Assembly: GCA_000320545.1 (NCBI GenBank)
Contig: ADNK01001542.1
Location: forward strand, 51,233 to 115,232
Direction: 5' to 3'
DNA from: Bigelowiella natans CCMP2755
Taxonomy: Eukaryota; Protista; Cercozoa
DNA length: 64,000 nt
Shown here: positions 10,923-23,870 of the stretch, one piece after another
How positions within the stretch are numbered: position 1 is the stretch's first letter
How the letters are laid out: each line of letters opens with the position of its first letter
Program-made: the position numbers and the translations under genes
Notes under the pieces: model-generated
Database searches by the model: none
What the model saw: the letters and a program-made list of their open reading frames with translations, nothing else
Told to the model about the DNA's origin: nothing

Positions 10923-13466
10923 TTATCTGTTGCTAAACGTACTTTGCGAGCACATATTTGACGAAGACTGGTCATCAGAATCATTCTTGCCCTCAATCTC
11001 ATCTTGTTCATCGTTCATCATAGCCGAGCTTCGCCAGCCTCCATTACCATCCTTCTCGTTCTTGCTAAGGAATTGCGACACTGCAGCAGCAACAGGGTGA
11101 ACGTTGGTCTCAAAGAGCATTGTCCAGTGGTCTCCAGGAGTGTACTTTGTCACCCAGCGTTGGCCATCACACACCGATGATGACGATGATCCTGCCGCTA
11201 CTGATGATGGTGGCGCTGATGATGATGGTGATGATGATGATAGTGATGATGGTGAAGCTATCAAGCTGCTAGCAAGCTCATCTTCCGAACTCAGCGCAAC
11301 AGTTCCGACATGCGGCCTCACGCTAAGCACCCTCGTCTCGTCATTGAGGACGAAATCAGAAGGACAGTAGTACTCATGGAGCAGCTCAGTGCACCGTATA
11401 AAGTGACTAGCAGCGAGCCTCGCCACGTCGGGGCTTGCCTTTAGGTCAGGCATTCTAAGCATCATCTTTGCTACGACGGTGTCCAAGTCCTCCAGAGGCT
11501 CCTCCTCTCGGCTACCCCCTTCAAGCTTTATCGGGGCGTCAAACAGCAGCACGTTCGTAACGCTTAGTCCGGGATGGCTTTGCTGCAGTTGGCGCGCAGC
11601 TTCCAAAGCGATCACGCCTCCATATGACCAGCCGCCCAACACCAAAGGGGGGGGAGGGGATAATGATGATGATGACGATGATGATGATGATGATGACAAA
11701 TGCCTCATCTCTTCCTCCTCGTTCAGCCGCTTTAGTATCTAAGATAAACAAGGAAGGAATTAAGTGTGGGAGATGGGTGGAGATATAACCGTGATTGGGA
11801 TTTCTACAAAGGGTGCCGCCACACACGCAATACTAGGAGAAATGACCGATCGTGTGGGTTCGCCCTAACATTTTATCATTTATATCATGGACTACCTCAG
11901 AGATATATATTTCAGCTACTTCCTCAATCGAATCTACCATGAACGGCACTGTGAAAAACACAGTAGAGTCAGTAAATGGCGAAGAAAATGATGGGTCAAA
12001 TAAAGAAGTAATAAAACACAAGACACATCGTTATCGTACTCAGAACTACAAATCGTTTGTGCATTTACATTAGGATAAAATTCTCTACTTGCAAGAGGCT
12101 GCGCGACATCATCGATGGCAGCAGAAAAATATCATCAAAACAGCTCGAAAAGATACATCGTACTACCCGAGCCATTTAGAGAATTGTCATCCATAGCAAA
12201 TATACTATCATAGAGGTCTGTTTGAAGGTGTGCAACCAACGGCCTAAAGCACAACGCACTAGCCCCTGCTCCGGGAAGCAAGAATAGGCTACTTCTTCCC
12301 CCCCCACCTCCTCCCTGCTCGTGATAAGGATGACTATAATATGGTTCTGCTGCCACGATTTCACCATCTTTATTACTACTATTATTATTATTGTTATTAT
12401 TACTATTCCTAACACTGATACTATCTGAAGTTGACGTCGTTCTATTTGTCGCAAGGCATAAGATCTGATGCTGCTGCAGCTGCTGCTGTTCCACTGTCTT
12501 GGATGGTAGAGGCGTCGACGATTCCGCATCCCCCCCCCCCCCAATTCCATCCTCGTCGCCTTCTTTACGATAAGATGACAGAACTCCTGCAAGACCTCGA
12601 GGAGATGGGTTGTTGAAAACGTCCACTATCGTAAGTGAAGTAGCAGAGGAGGGATGGTCCTCTTGCAGGTGTGCAAGCAGCTGGATGGCAGAGAGAGAGT
12701 CCCCCCCCATTTCGAAGAAGCTGTCATCTGTACTAATATACTGTGACAGGGGAGCACCCTCGTCCTGGTCAATCCTGAGAATCTCCAGAAAAGTACGCGC
12801 CAGCTTTTCTTCCATCTATTCCAATTGGCATAGGTAATTGTTAATTGCAAAACGACGATGATATGATGATAGTGATAATGGAGATGTATAAGCAACGATG
12901 CTGATGATGATGATTATGATGACGACAAATGATGGTGACAATCACAACGCTGTGAAATCAATGCGTAAAATTGATGCATATTCAAAGACGAAGAGTACCT
13001 CGTTTTCAAATTGAGATGAAGAAGAATAATCATGGCGACTATCAGCTTTCTGGTGATGCTGCGGTGCCCCATTTGATACTCCCTCATTTACCATCGTGGA
13101 CATCGATGATGAAGACGCGACATCCTCTGAATTCCTTTGCTGTTTCTGCTCCCCCCGTTTGAGTAGCTTGTGATATTCTTTTGGTAAGATTCTCATCAGC
13201 TCATGCTGAGGAACTAGGCTGCTCTTTCCAACGTCGGAAGAATCACATGACCGGCCCCAGCTTTCCTTGTCATTTGCAAGCTTGCCCAGAATTGTCACGT
13301 AGAGATTGAAGATGCAATCAAGAATCTCCGGGCTGAAGGATGATTTCAGATAGTCGAAGTAGAGCACCAGCTGCCCGTCCTCCTCCACCACCTGAAAGTC
13401 CATGGAAACATGCGGGGTCACAACACATGTATGCACTTGCCTTGCACCCTCGACGTTGTTATACGG

Positions 13467-13502
<36 letters not shown>

Positions 13503-16500
13503 ATTGCTATTGACACTGCCGCTGCCATCATCAAGTCCCAAGGTGCTTGTGAAGACAAACGGCGCGACAGCTTGGAATGCGTGTCCTCGCCAACGATTGA
13601 TCTCCTTGCTCACGTGCGTACCAGGGAAGTGCCAGTGCTCTAAATCGTTGGCCAGCTGGATGGAGATCCTTCTGGCGAGCTCAATGAATGTCGGACCTCC
13701 TCCACCAGCACCGCCGACGTTCACCTCGAGTAGAGTCGTCGAGGAGAAATTCCCCGCCACGTCAAACGCCCCTTCGCCTTGCCGCATGGTGTGCAGTATA
13801 TTGAGCAGAAAGTGATTATGATTCTCGTCGCTCATCTGAGACAGAACCTGTGCGTATACCGTCAATAGCGCATTGCTGGGTGTAATGCCGGCCTCACGGG
13901 CATGTTGCTTAAATCGTCCCCATGCTTTGGGAGATATCGTACGAGAAACATGGCCGAATGCGAGCTCGGTGGTAGTCATATCTGACGATGACAGTGCCTC
14001 CAATTCGTCGCTGGCCTTGTCTCGAGTGCTGTCGGTGTTTGTAGCGACGCTATCTGCCATATACTTTGTGATGACCTCTCCCCCAACCGAGGAAACGGTA
14101 TGATGCTTCTCGTCGTCGTTGTCGAGCGGCATTCTGGACGTCTCTCTGCTCTTTCTCTCTGCTTCTGGGAGAAAAGAGGCGCCCACGGCTGGTAACGCCC
14201 TATTTGGCTTCAGCGCTGCCACGGGAAGGTCGGGAGGGGGTGGCAAGGTCGAGATCCTTTCCATCCAATATGTGCGGCTTGTCTCGTAAGCGTTCTTCCT
14301 CCCCTTCTTCTGCTCTCTCTCTGAGGAGGCCATCATCATGCTCGAGAGGCCGATGACACGTCTTTTCAACGCCGATTCACTCGCAGTGTCTGGCAGCTGA
14401 GGCATGTTCTCCAGCTGGGAGTAAAGTGCGAACATGTCCCGACGGAATATCATCTCGCTTCTCCCATCCACAACAACCAGCGACACGACAAAATGTACAT
14501 GCGAGACGCGAGCACTCACACGTGTGACCTGGCACTTAAAGGGCGGCCACTGCCGTGCATCGACTCCCTCGTTAATGATGCGAGTTCGTTTGTCCTGCAG
14601 CATTCGTTGGTGGGTGTCCGCAGTACCAGTAAGGTGATGATCTGCTCCTAGGCCCTCCATTAGCACATTGACTTTATGCTGCTGCTGCTTGCCGTTAACA
14701 CTATTGAATCGTTCTTTGGGTATGATCTCCATCCTACCTGTCGGCAGCACTCTGGAGCGCAGGATGGCATGCCTCGCAACGAGCATGTTCACGGCCTTCT
14801 CAAGCCGCCCCAAATCGAGATCGAGAACCTCGTACTCGATATAGAGGACAGGACTCATGCCGCCCTGCTCCTTTGGCAGCTGCATACCGACAAAATAGCC
14901 TTCTTGAATGCCAAGCAATGGCAGCTCTGTTTGCTGCAGCATCGTCGCGTCATCAACACCACCATCATCATCATCCTGAATAGCAATGTCCTCTTTTTCA
15001 TCTCCCTCCGCTGCTTCGCTCTCCCTCCCCCCCCGAGAGGATAAACCCTTTGCTAACTCTCCTGGACCTCCCGCCGGAGAAGCGGTGGTGGCGATTTGGG
15101 CGACCATGGCGCTCAGAGTGGGGTTCATAAAGATCTGGTTCACGGTGAGGGTTTGGTATCCTAAAGATGCTGCGTGCGAAACCACCCTCAGGCAGCTGAT
15201 GCTATCGCCTCCTAGCATGAAGAAATTGCTCTCAGGCGACAGACTCTCAACTTCAACCTCGAGCACTGCGCTCCAAATCGAAGCCATATCAGCATAGCTT
15301 TTGGTCCCTGAATAATCTGCTTCGCCTCCTTCTACTGCTGCTCCTGCTCGCTCTTTCCTATCACCGCCCTGCTCTATGGAGGCTGTAGCGGAGGAGGTAG
15401 CAGAAGTGGGGGGGGGAGGAGGCAGCTCCAACGCTTTCTTAGCTAATGCACGACGATCGATCTTGCCGTTCGCAGTTAGTGGTAGCACCGATACAACATT
15501 TACTGACTGTGGGACCATATAATGAGGAAGCTTCTCGCGTAAATGCTGGAGAACAGAACCTGCGATTCCGACCTCGTCAGCATTGCTGGCATCGTCCTTG
15601 CCGCTCAGAGATTCAGCGTCCAAAGTCACAAATCCGATCAGGGATTTTCTATCAGAACCACCACCACCCCCTCCTCCTCCTCCTCCTCTTTTCCCCGGCG
15701 CTTTAGCTCGCTGCTTCTTCGGTGAGGTATTGGCATTGCTATCGTTATTGTTAATCAAAACGACACAGCAGGCCTTTATCATCGGGTGCAGCTCAGCAAT
15801 GCCCTCAATCTCTCCCAATTCGATACGAAAGCCATTCAGCTTGACCTGGTCATCCTCTCGTCCTAATATCTCTAGATTTCCACAAGGTCGAATACGGCCA
15901 AGATCTCCAGGCCTAAACAGATACTCCCCCGTCTCTGGATGGTGCACGAAGTGCTGCTGTGTCTTGGCGCTGTCCTTGTGGTAACCGTGCGCTACACCCC
16001 TACCCCCGATGTAGATCCGACCTGTAACCCACGGCTCGCAGTGATCGAGGTTCTCGTCGAGGATGTACATCGTTTGGTTTCGCATAGGTCTGCCGTACGG
16101 AATGCTGTTCCACGTAGACGACGACGAAGAAGAAGAAGAAGAGGAAGAGGAGGAGGAGGAGGAGGTAGACGAAGACAAACCAGCTATCAACTCGCCACTT
16201 CCTCCTGTTGTGTGGGTTGACGATGGGGTGTTGGCAGCGGCGTTTTCAGCTCGACCGTCGTCGTCGCCGTCGTTCTCCATTGTCGTCCTGATTGCCGCCG
16301 CAGTCGTGTTCGGCGGAATGACGTAGATATTCGACCAGATCGCGGCCTCAGTCGCCCCCCCCATGCTCACTATCTCGATCGAGTCTGGCGTTGGGGATAA
16401 CCGACGGATACGCTCTGGCAACGATAGAGGTATAAAGTCCCCGGACATAAAGACAAGGCGGAGAGATTCAGGCAGCATTAGATGCTGCTGCTGCTGCTGC

Positions 16501-17806
16501 TGCTGCTGTCCCCCTCCTCCCCCCTTGGCAGCTGCTACTGCGGCAGCGGACTCAATGTGAGTGACGAGGAGCTCCATGAGCCTAGGAACGGTGTTCCAAA
16601 CCGTCACCTGCTCTTTGTGAATCAGCTCTAGCCAATGGGAGGGGTCGGGGATAGGGCTGGCGGCCGGGATTACCACCCCCCCTCCCGCATGGAGCAGCCC
16701 GAAGATGTCGTACACGGACAGGTCGAAGCTGAGGTTGGAGAGGGCAAATACCTTGTCTCCCGGGCCAACGGCGAAACGAGAGTTGAGATCTAGGATGGTA
16801 TTCATTGCGCCGTAGTGGTGACATCGAACGCCCTTCGGTACACCTGTTGACCCTGATGTGTATATCAGATACGCGAGGTCGGTTGCAGATGATGAAGATG
16901 ATGGTGATGACAACGATGTCTTGCTGTCCAGGCTCCGTGAGCTGTTGATGCATTCTTCGAAAATTACCCAATTGACTCTGGCTGCGACATCTGGGGATTT
17001 GTTCTCAACCGGAGCACCATCGTCACCGTCGGCAACTTTCTCACGATATTGACTGGTAGTGATTACAGCACGAGGGTTGCTCGCCTTGAGGATGGCGTTG
17101 ATTCGCTCTGCAGGCTGGGAGGGATCTAGCGGTAGATAGGCACATCCAGCCTTGAGACAAGCGATTACACTCACAATTTGTTCCCAGCCCTTGCCCAGCA
17201 TCACCGCTACTATCGGCACATCACACGAAGTGTTTGGTCGTCTTTTCGGATTGCTATGCTGTTGTTGTTTTTCTTCATCTTTGCCGCTCTCTTCTCCCTG
17301 CGAGGCGATGTAGGATGCGAGGTGCGACGAGAGGCCATCCAGCTCTTTGTAGGAGAGCCGGTGGTGGCGGCCGTTACGCGTTGTTGCGGCGGATATAGCG
17401 ATATTGTGGAGACTTTTTGAGAGATCGAACGTGTGGAGAAGCCGAGCCTCCTCCCCCTCTTCATTACTAGGCTTTCGATACGGCTTGGAGCTTTTTGGGA
17501 CTGGGAGAAGCTCTCTAGCAGTCTTGTCCGTTCGTGCCCACCCCGCATCTAATGCTACTGAGTCTACTGATGCAGAGCGATGGTGGGAAAGCAACAACGT
17601 CTCCATCGTCCTTGCAATGGTGTCATGGACGGCTTTTGGTATTGATCTCTGCGTCGAAACCTCGAGCACGAAACTGCTGCTCTTGTCACCGCCATCACCA
17701 CCTTCTCCGCGTTGTCTGAGAAGCGTGAAATGCACTCCAGCGGTGATAGCGCCGTCAGGAGTCGTAGCCTTTGCACCATCCGTGTCGATAGGATCTCCAT
17801 TGGGGA

Positions 17807-17845
<39 letters not shown>

Positions 17846-18173
17846 TAGTGGTAGTAGTGGTAGCTGTGAGGGCAAGGCCAGTTTGCCTGAATTCGTTAGC
17901 CTGCTCGTCGGAGAGAAAGTCAAAGGCGTCCACCATCATATGCTTCATGTCCTCTTGCATCACGCTTGAATGCTGCTCTCGAAGCTGCTCCGCCCTCTGC
18001 CGTAGAGGCGTGGCGGCGTGGCTTGGTTCGCCTCCCTTCGTCACCGCTGTTCTTCGGTCAGTTGAAAGCCAGATCCGATCATGGGTGAGGTAGATGCATG
18101 CCCTCGGCGTTCGAGACGCCCTAAATGCAGCTTCCGCAATGGCCGTGCACACAACAGAGATCATAGGAGAAGA

Positions 18174-18213
<40 letters not shown>

Positions 18214-18831
18214 TAGCCTTTGGCATCTTTACTCAAAAGGCAAGATTCTGGAACGGTGAAGGAGGTGATATGGCGGCTTCCTCTTCGTTTTTCCTCGCCG
18301 CTCATTCCTCTCGATATAGCAGCTGCATCAGTAATAGAAGCAGCTGTAGCTGTATTATTAGTAGAAGCACTTGTTGTTGCTGCTGTCGTTGTGATTGTGG
18401 CAAATTCACACGCCGCCACCAGATGCGACTCGGCGAATTCCGTCCAATGTTTCTGCGACGATTCCATCGACGAGCAGATCGCGAGCAGCGTTTCCTTCCA
18501 TTTCTCACTCAGCGAACGGAACGCCACGCTGTCCGCAGCTCGGCCAGGATCGCTCAACGAAGAAGTAGCTGAAGCACCAGCATCATCAGCAGGAAGCTGC
18601 CAGGATGAATGAAGACAACCGTCAACAATTGCCGCATCTATACTTACGACATGAGTGCGCTCGTTTGACTGGCCTCTGCACGTCTTGTCAACCATCTCGT
18701 CCCACACAAGTTTCCATCTCGTCCTCTTACCCCTCCCCCCCTCCGTCCCATGCTGCGTGACTAGGCCTGCTGTGTCGAGGGCTAATCTTCCAAAGTAGTT
18801 GAACACGATATCCGATGGAGATTGCGACAAC

Positions 18832-18866
<35 letters not shown>

Positions 18867-21800
18867 CGATGACAATCCTGCAATACTGTCGGTTGGGTGC
18901 TGCTGTTGCGAGTGCTGGGGGTGATAATTACGGTGGCTCCTTCGACTTCGGAAATGCGACCTCACCGCCCTGAGCGCAGCTTTATAAAGGAAAGAAGAAG
19001 GAGAAGAGCTAGGAGACGAAGAAGATGATGAAGTGGAAGGATATTGGCCGCTGCTACGTAAGTCTGCTGCAACGCTAAAGTTGACAGAATAAAGATCGGT
19101 AAACCATCCTACAGTGCGTGAGACATCTAATGACGCCTGAGCGCCATTATCACCAGCACCATCCTCGCCAGCCCCACTCCTTCCTACTGCTGTTACTGCA
19201 GAGTCGCGACCATGGCCCTCGAGGTCAACGGTCATATCATCAGTACCAAAGCATTGCATGTACGCGACGAACAAAGCTGTGAGAAGCAACTCCTGCGTGG
19301 TGACTCCATCGGTACTCATCGCTGTGGTCTGAAGCACACGCTTCGTTTGCTCAGCTGTCAGGTTTGAATGAACGTATACGCTGTCCCTCTCCAAATTTGA
19401 TGCCGCTGGCGGGGGCGGTAATGGTGAATCGGGAGCTGATTGTGGGGGGGATGAGGCCACCGATTTGACCCATACGCTATAGTCAGTTGTGGGAGGCAAT
19501 GCTGGTAGGTTGTGAAATGCCCGCGACATGTCCTCCATTAAAATTCGCTGCGAGACCCCATCGATTACCAAATGATGCGCTGCGAGTACAAGGTAGTAGT
19601 AGTATTGGGGGCGAATTACACCCTCCCTCCTTTCCTCCTCTTCTTCCTCCTCCTTCTCCTCACCCGTTAGTTGTCGCGCTGCTGTCGGTGTGGAATCCAT
19701 TGGACAAGCTGACTTCAACACGGCAAATCGCACTATCGGCCCGGCTTCTAAGTCGAGAGACGACTGAATCTGGAGCAAGGCGTCTTCTAACAAGGCCAAC
19801 TGCTCTTTACGATTACCACCGCAGCGCTGCTGAAGAGGACCCAGATCGTAGCTCATTACTTCGACGCCATTGTTATCGTTAGCCTTGCTATCATTGACTA
19901 CACACTGTTCCCAGCGAGTGCCGTCCTCGTTCTTAGAGAATCGAGCTCTGAGCATGGGGTGGAGCTTCACCACCTCGACAGCTGCATTCTGTATACGAGC
20001 ATGATCGTCGCTTTCGCAGTAACCTTCCGAAATGTCCACCACGATGGCCTGGTTCCAGTGGTTCATCTCCGCAAGATTTTTGGCAAAAAACCAGTTTTGA
20101 ATGGGAGAAGGAGGCACCATCTCCACCACCGCGCTGCCCTCCTTCTGAGTCTTGTTGTCATGAGCTGCTCTTGCCTGAGAAGGGAGAGTTTGCACGCAGT
20201 CTAATAGCGTGCAGCGAGGCTCAGAGAGAGCTGTAGACAGCACATGCTCGATATCACGCAAAAGTGCTTTGCACCAATCGTCAGGTATTCCTTCGTCTTC
20301 TGCCGTGACTATCAGTCGCAGCGTTTGTGTCGCATCGTTTCCCAACTCCGCTCTCACAGTAAGAGGATACCCTACCTGATCGAAAAGCGTTGTGTTGCTA
20401 GCAGTGGGGGGAGAGGGGGAGGGGCGGGTGTCGCCCTGACCGTCCGCTGCGCTGAGCCCCTGTGCATCATCATCATCATCATCATCTTTGCTTGTGTCGA
20501 TGACGATTCCTTCAAGTTCTGGCTCCACGTTCACAAGAACATCAAAGAGCTTATTATTACTAGTACTACTACTACCACAACTACTGCTACACTGTTGGAT
20601 ATCGGACAAGGGAGTCATTTCATGTCGCATACTTGCCAGAAGCTGCTGCGCTACAAACTCTACTAGCTCCACAAAGCTGGCAGATTTCTCGTCGATGCCC
20701 CCTTCTGTCCCCCCCCCTCCTGCCATTCCAGAGGCCTCCCTTGCCAACAGCGTAGTCGGGATGAGCACGGGAAACGTCCGAACGACAGGTCCAAAGACAT
20801 GGTCAATATTGAGCATATCGACGCTTCTCCCACTCGAGACACAACCATATATGAGGCTGCTGGTATTGGAGGCAGGACCATCACCTCTTCCTCGACCACA
20901 GAACCGATTGTGTAAAACTAAAGCAATGGCTGCATGGATAGAGGCCCCTCGCAGAACCCCGTGCTGCTGCGAAAACCGCGTAAGCAGAGAGAAGCAAGAG
21001 CTACTTGCTGGGGCGAAGGAGCGTTCGGCTTCCCTGGCTTTACTTAAGTCCAGCGAGAATCTCCTCGCAATCGTCGCACCTTCACGGGCAGGGGCTGTTG
21101 ATGATGTGCTTGCTAAGGATGGTGACGGAGCGAACGGCGCGGATTTAACTAATGTATCCACCCCTGAAAAAAGAGATCTCCAGTACTTCCTCGATTCTTC
21201 CGGCTGCTGCTGCTGCTGCTGCTGTTTCTTCTCCCACGCGACAAAATCTGCTATAGTTCCGAAATCTTCATCCCCGTCTCTCCTAGTATCACACGGTGGC
21301 TCTAGGGATACATCGGGGGGGGGGTGTGAAGAGTAAGCAGCTATCAAATGACGCCTCATCGTCTGCAAGATCATGTCGATTGACCAGCCATCAGAGATTA
21401 GGTGATGGATGGTGAGCACAACACTCATGCGACTAGTCGTCCTGTGACCGACCCCCTCTCCTTCTTGCGACTGCTCCACCAACGTTGCACGGAAGAGGGG
21501 TGGGCGAGAAATGTCCAGTCCCTTGCTTCTATCCGCCTGCAAAAACTGCATCATCCCAGGAGATGCAGATTCAGTGCCGTCGAGGGCCACATGGCCGACT
21601 TTGGGTGAGGCCGCGTTATTATCAACCTCCTGGCAATCGATGTGGATCGGAAGAAGGGACTCCGCTCTCACCACGTACTGGAACGGCTCGACGGCAGATT
21701 CGTAGTCAAACCCAGTGCGAAGAGCTTGATGGCGTGTTACTAGCTCTGCAAGCGATGCGGACAGAGAACGACGTAGTATGGACAACGGCTGTTCTCCCTC

Positions 21801-22826
21801 TCTTCTTCCGGCGAAGATGCTATCGTCGATGGGGATGACAACTTGCTGTAAGTACATGGAGGAGGAGGAGGAGGAGGAGGAGGAGAAGGAGGAGGCGGCT
21901 GCCCCTCCCAATAGCATGTGAAATAGAATCCCACCTTGCATTTGGGACAGTCCGAACCGCGCCTCGACAATATTGTTCTTGCCGTCGCTGGAATCTATTT
22001 TCGCGCCGCCATTCACTATGGCTTTGTTGATCTCATCAATCGAAGGAAGATGCGGCCACAGGTCCTCGCTAACAGCATCAGCACGTCCGCTTGAATTTAA
22101 TTCTTTGCCAGCGTTATCGCCAACCCCCTTCCCTTGCTTCTTTTCGGTTGGCGGCCCTTGCCCGGTTCTTCCCCTGCATGGAGCATTTCCTACACAATGC
22201 ACTAGCTGCTCAAAGGAAACTGAAGCTGCCGCTGCCGCGTCTGAGATTGTGACGTGCCGGTTAAACGTGCGGCGTATTTTTGTCACAAGACCCACAATGC
22301 TGAGGCTGTCACCCCCCACACTGAAGTACCCTCCGGTGCTGGATATTCTATGGCTCTCGTTGTCGTTGTCATACCCTAGTGACTCGGTCCAAAGTCTCCA
22401 TAACTTGCTTTCCATCAGGGACTTGAAAGGCCTCTTCCCCTCCTCGAAGTCGTTGTTTTGGCCATGTGCAGATGCTTTAGTGCGGATCATGGCTCCTGCG
22501 TCTACCACGGCTTTTGCTGGGCTGTCTTCGTGACTGAAAGGAAGGACGAGGCGTTGATAATCCGTCTTTCCGTTTGGGAGGAGGGGGATGGTTGCTGCTG
22601 CAACGGTCTGGCTGCTGCTGCTCGGATTTGCCATGATGACGTAGTAACGAGGAAGCATATACGAGGGAACTCTAATGACCAGGAGGGGGGGGAGGGACAA
22701 AGACCAGTTAGTGAAAAGTGACGGAAGATGCGACATTTCGGATAACAATGTACCGACCAAGACATGGGGGGTGCTGGCAGTAGTTGTTGTAGTACTAGTG
22801 GTAGTATAGTAACAACAGTGGTAGGT

Positions 22827-22863
<37 letters not shown>

Positions 22864-23192
22864 AATGGAGAAAGCAATATACCTTCGAGAGAGGTGACGT
22901 AATAGACTTTCTTTCATTGAGTGTTCATCGCCGACTTCTTCTCGAATGCCGCTCTTGGTTTCTTCCGGTGGGGCCTTTCCTCCTCCTCCTCCTCCGGTCT
23001 CTCCCAAAGCGGTGTACTCTCCCTCCTTCGCCGATTCCTCCCCCTTCCACTCAACGTAGAGGGTGATGCCAGCTCCTGTACCGTCCCGACCGTTCGGACC
23101 GCTTTAGGAACACCAGATATTGCAGTCATGTACGGTGTATTGCGAGTATAAGAAAGAGGCAGAAAGAAGTAGAAATTACATACTTAAAAGCT

Positions 23193-23242
<50 letters not shown>

Positions 23243-23824
23243 GCAAAGACCAGCTACCCCAACAACAACAACAAGAACAAGAACAACAACAACTAAGTAC
23301 CTCAATACTGCTGCAGCGTGCCGCACATTCTTATGCTCTCTTGTGTGTGCCTCCACTTCCAACAGATCTACACGCTGCCCTCGGATCTTCACGGAAAAGT
23401 CGCGTCGGCCGATGAACATCAGCTGGGGACGCGGAGCGTCACCAGCACCGCATCCGTCTGGCTGCTCACCCTTCGCCATTTGGTAGTAATACCCGAAGTC
23501 TCCCGTTCGAAAAGCTTTCTCACGGCTTCCATCAGGGAGGGTGACAAAGGACTGGGCTGTGCGGGCATCGTCGTTGAGGTAGCCGTCGGCTGCTCGGGGT
23601 CTCTTCGTGCTGCGGGTGATGCGACTACCAAGGGAACACCGGCACTCAAGGCCCCGAATATCTAAGAAAGAGGTTTGCATGATGATAATAAGCATTTTTT
23701 AGAGAGGACGGCCCCGTATATTAGACGCTACATCCCCACGATGATCCATCCCCGTTGATGTCATGTTGTCGTTGTTTGTTGTTGTGGTTGTTGTCGTTCT
23801 GCCATCGCTATTGTGTTCACCGTT

Positions 23825-23870
<46 letters not shown>

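Noticed and set aside
22672-22877. N-terminus of the 3311-aa ORF (MLSPFSAAAA...)
   Set aside because: This is read-through of intron 22882-22672; the real frame joins upstream A1 exons. The ORF tail 12942-12998 is likewise intronic.
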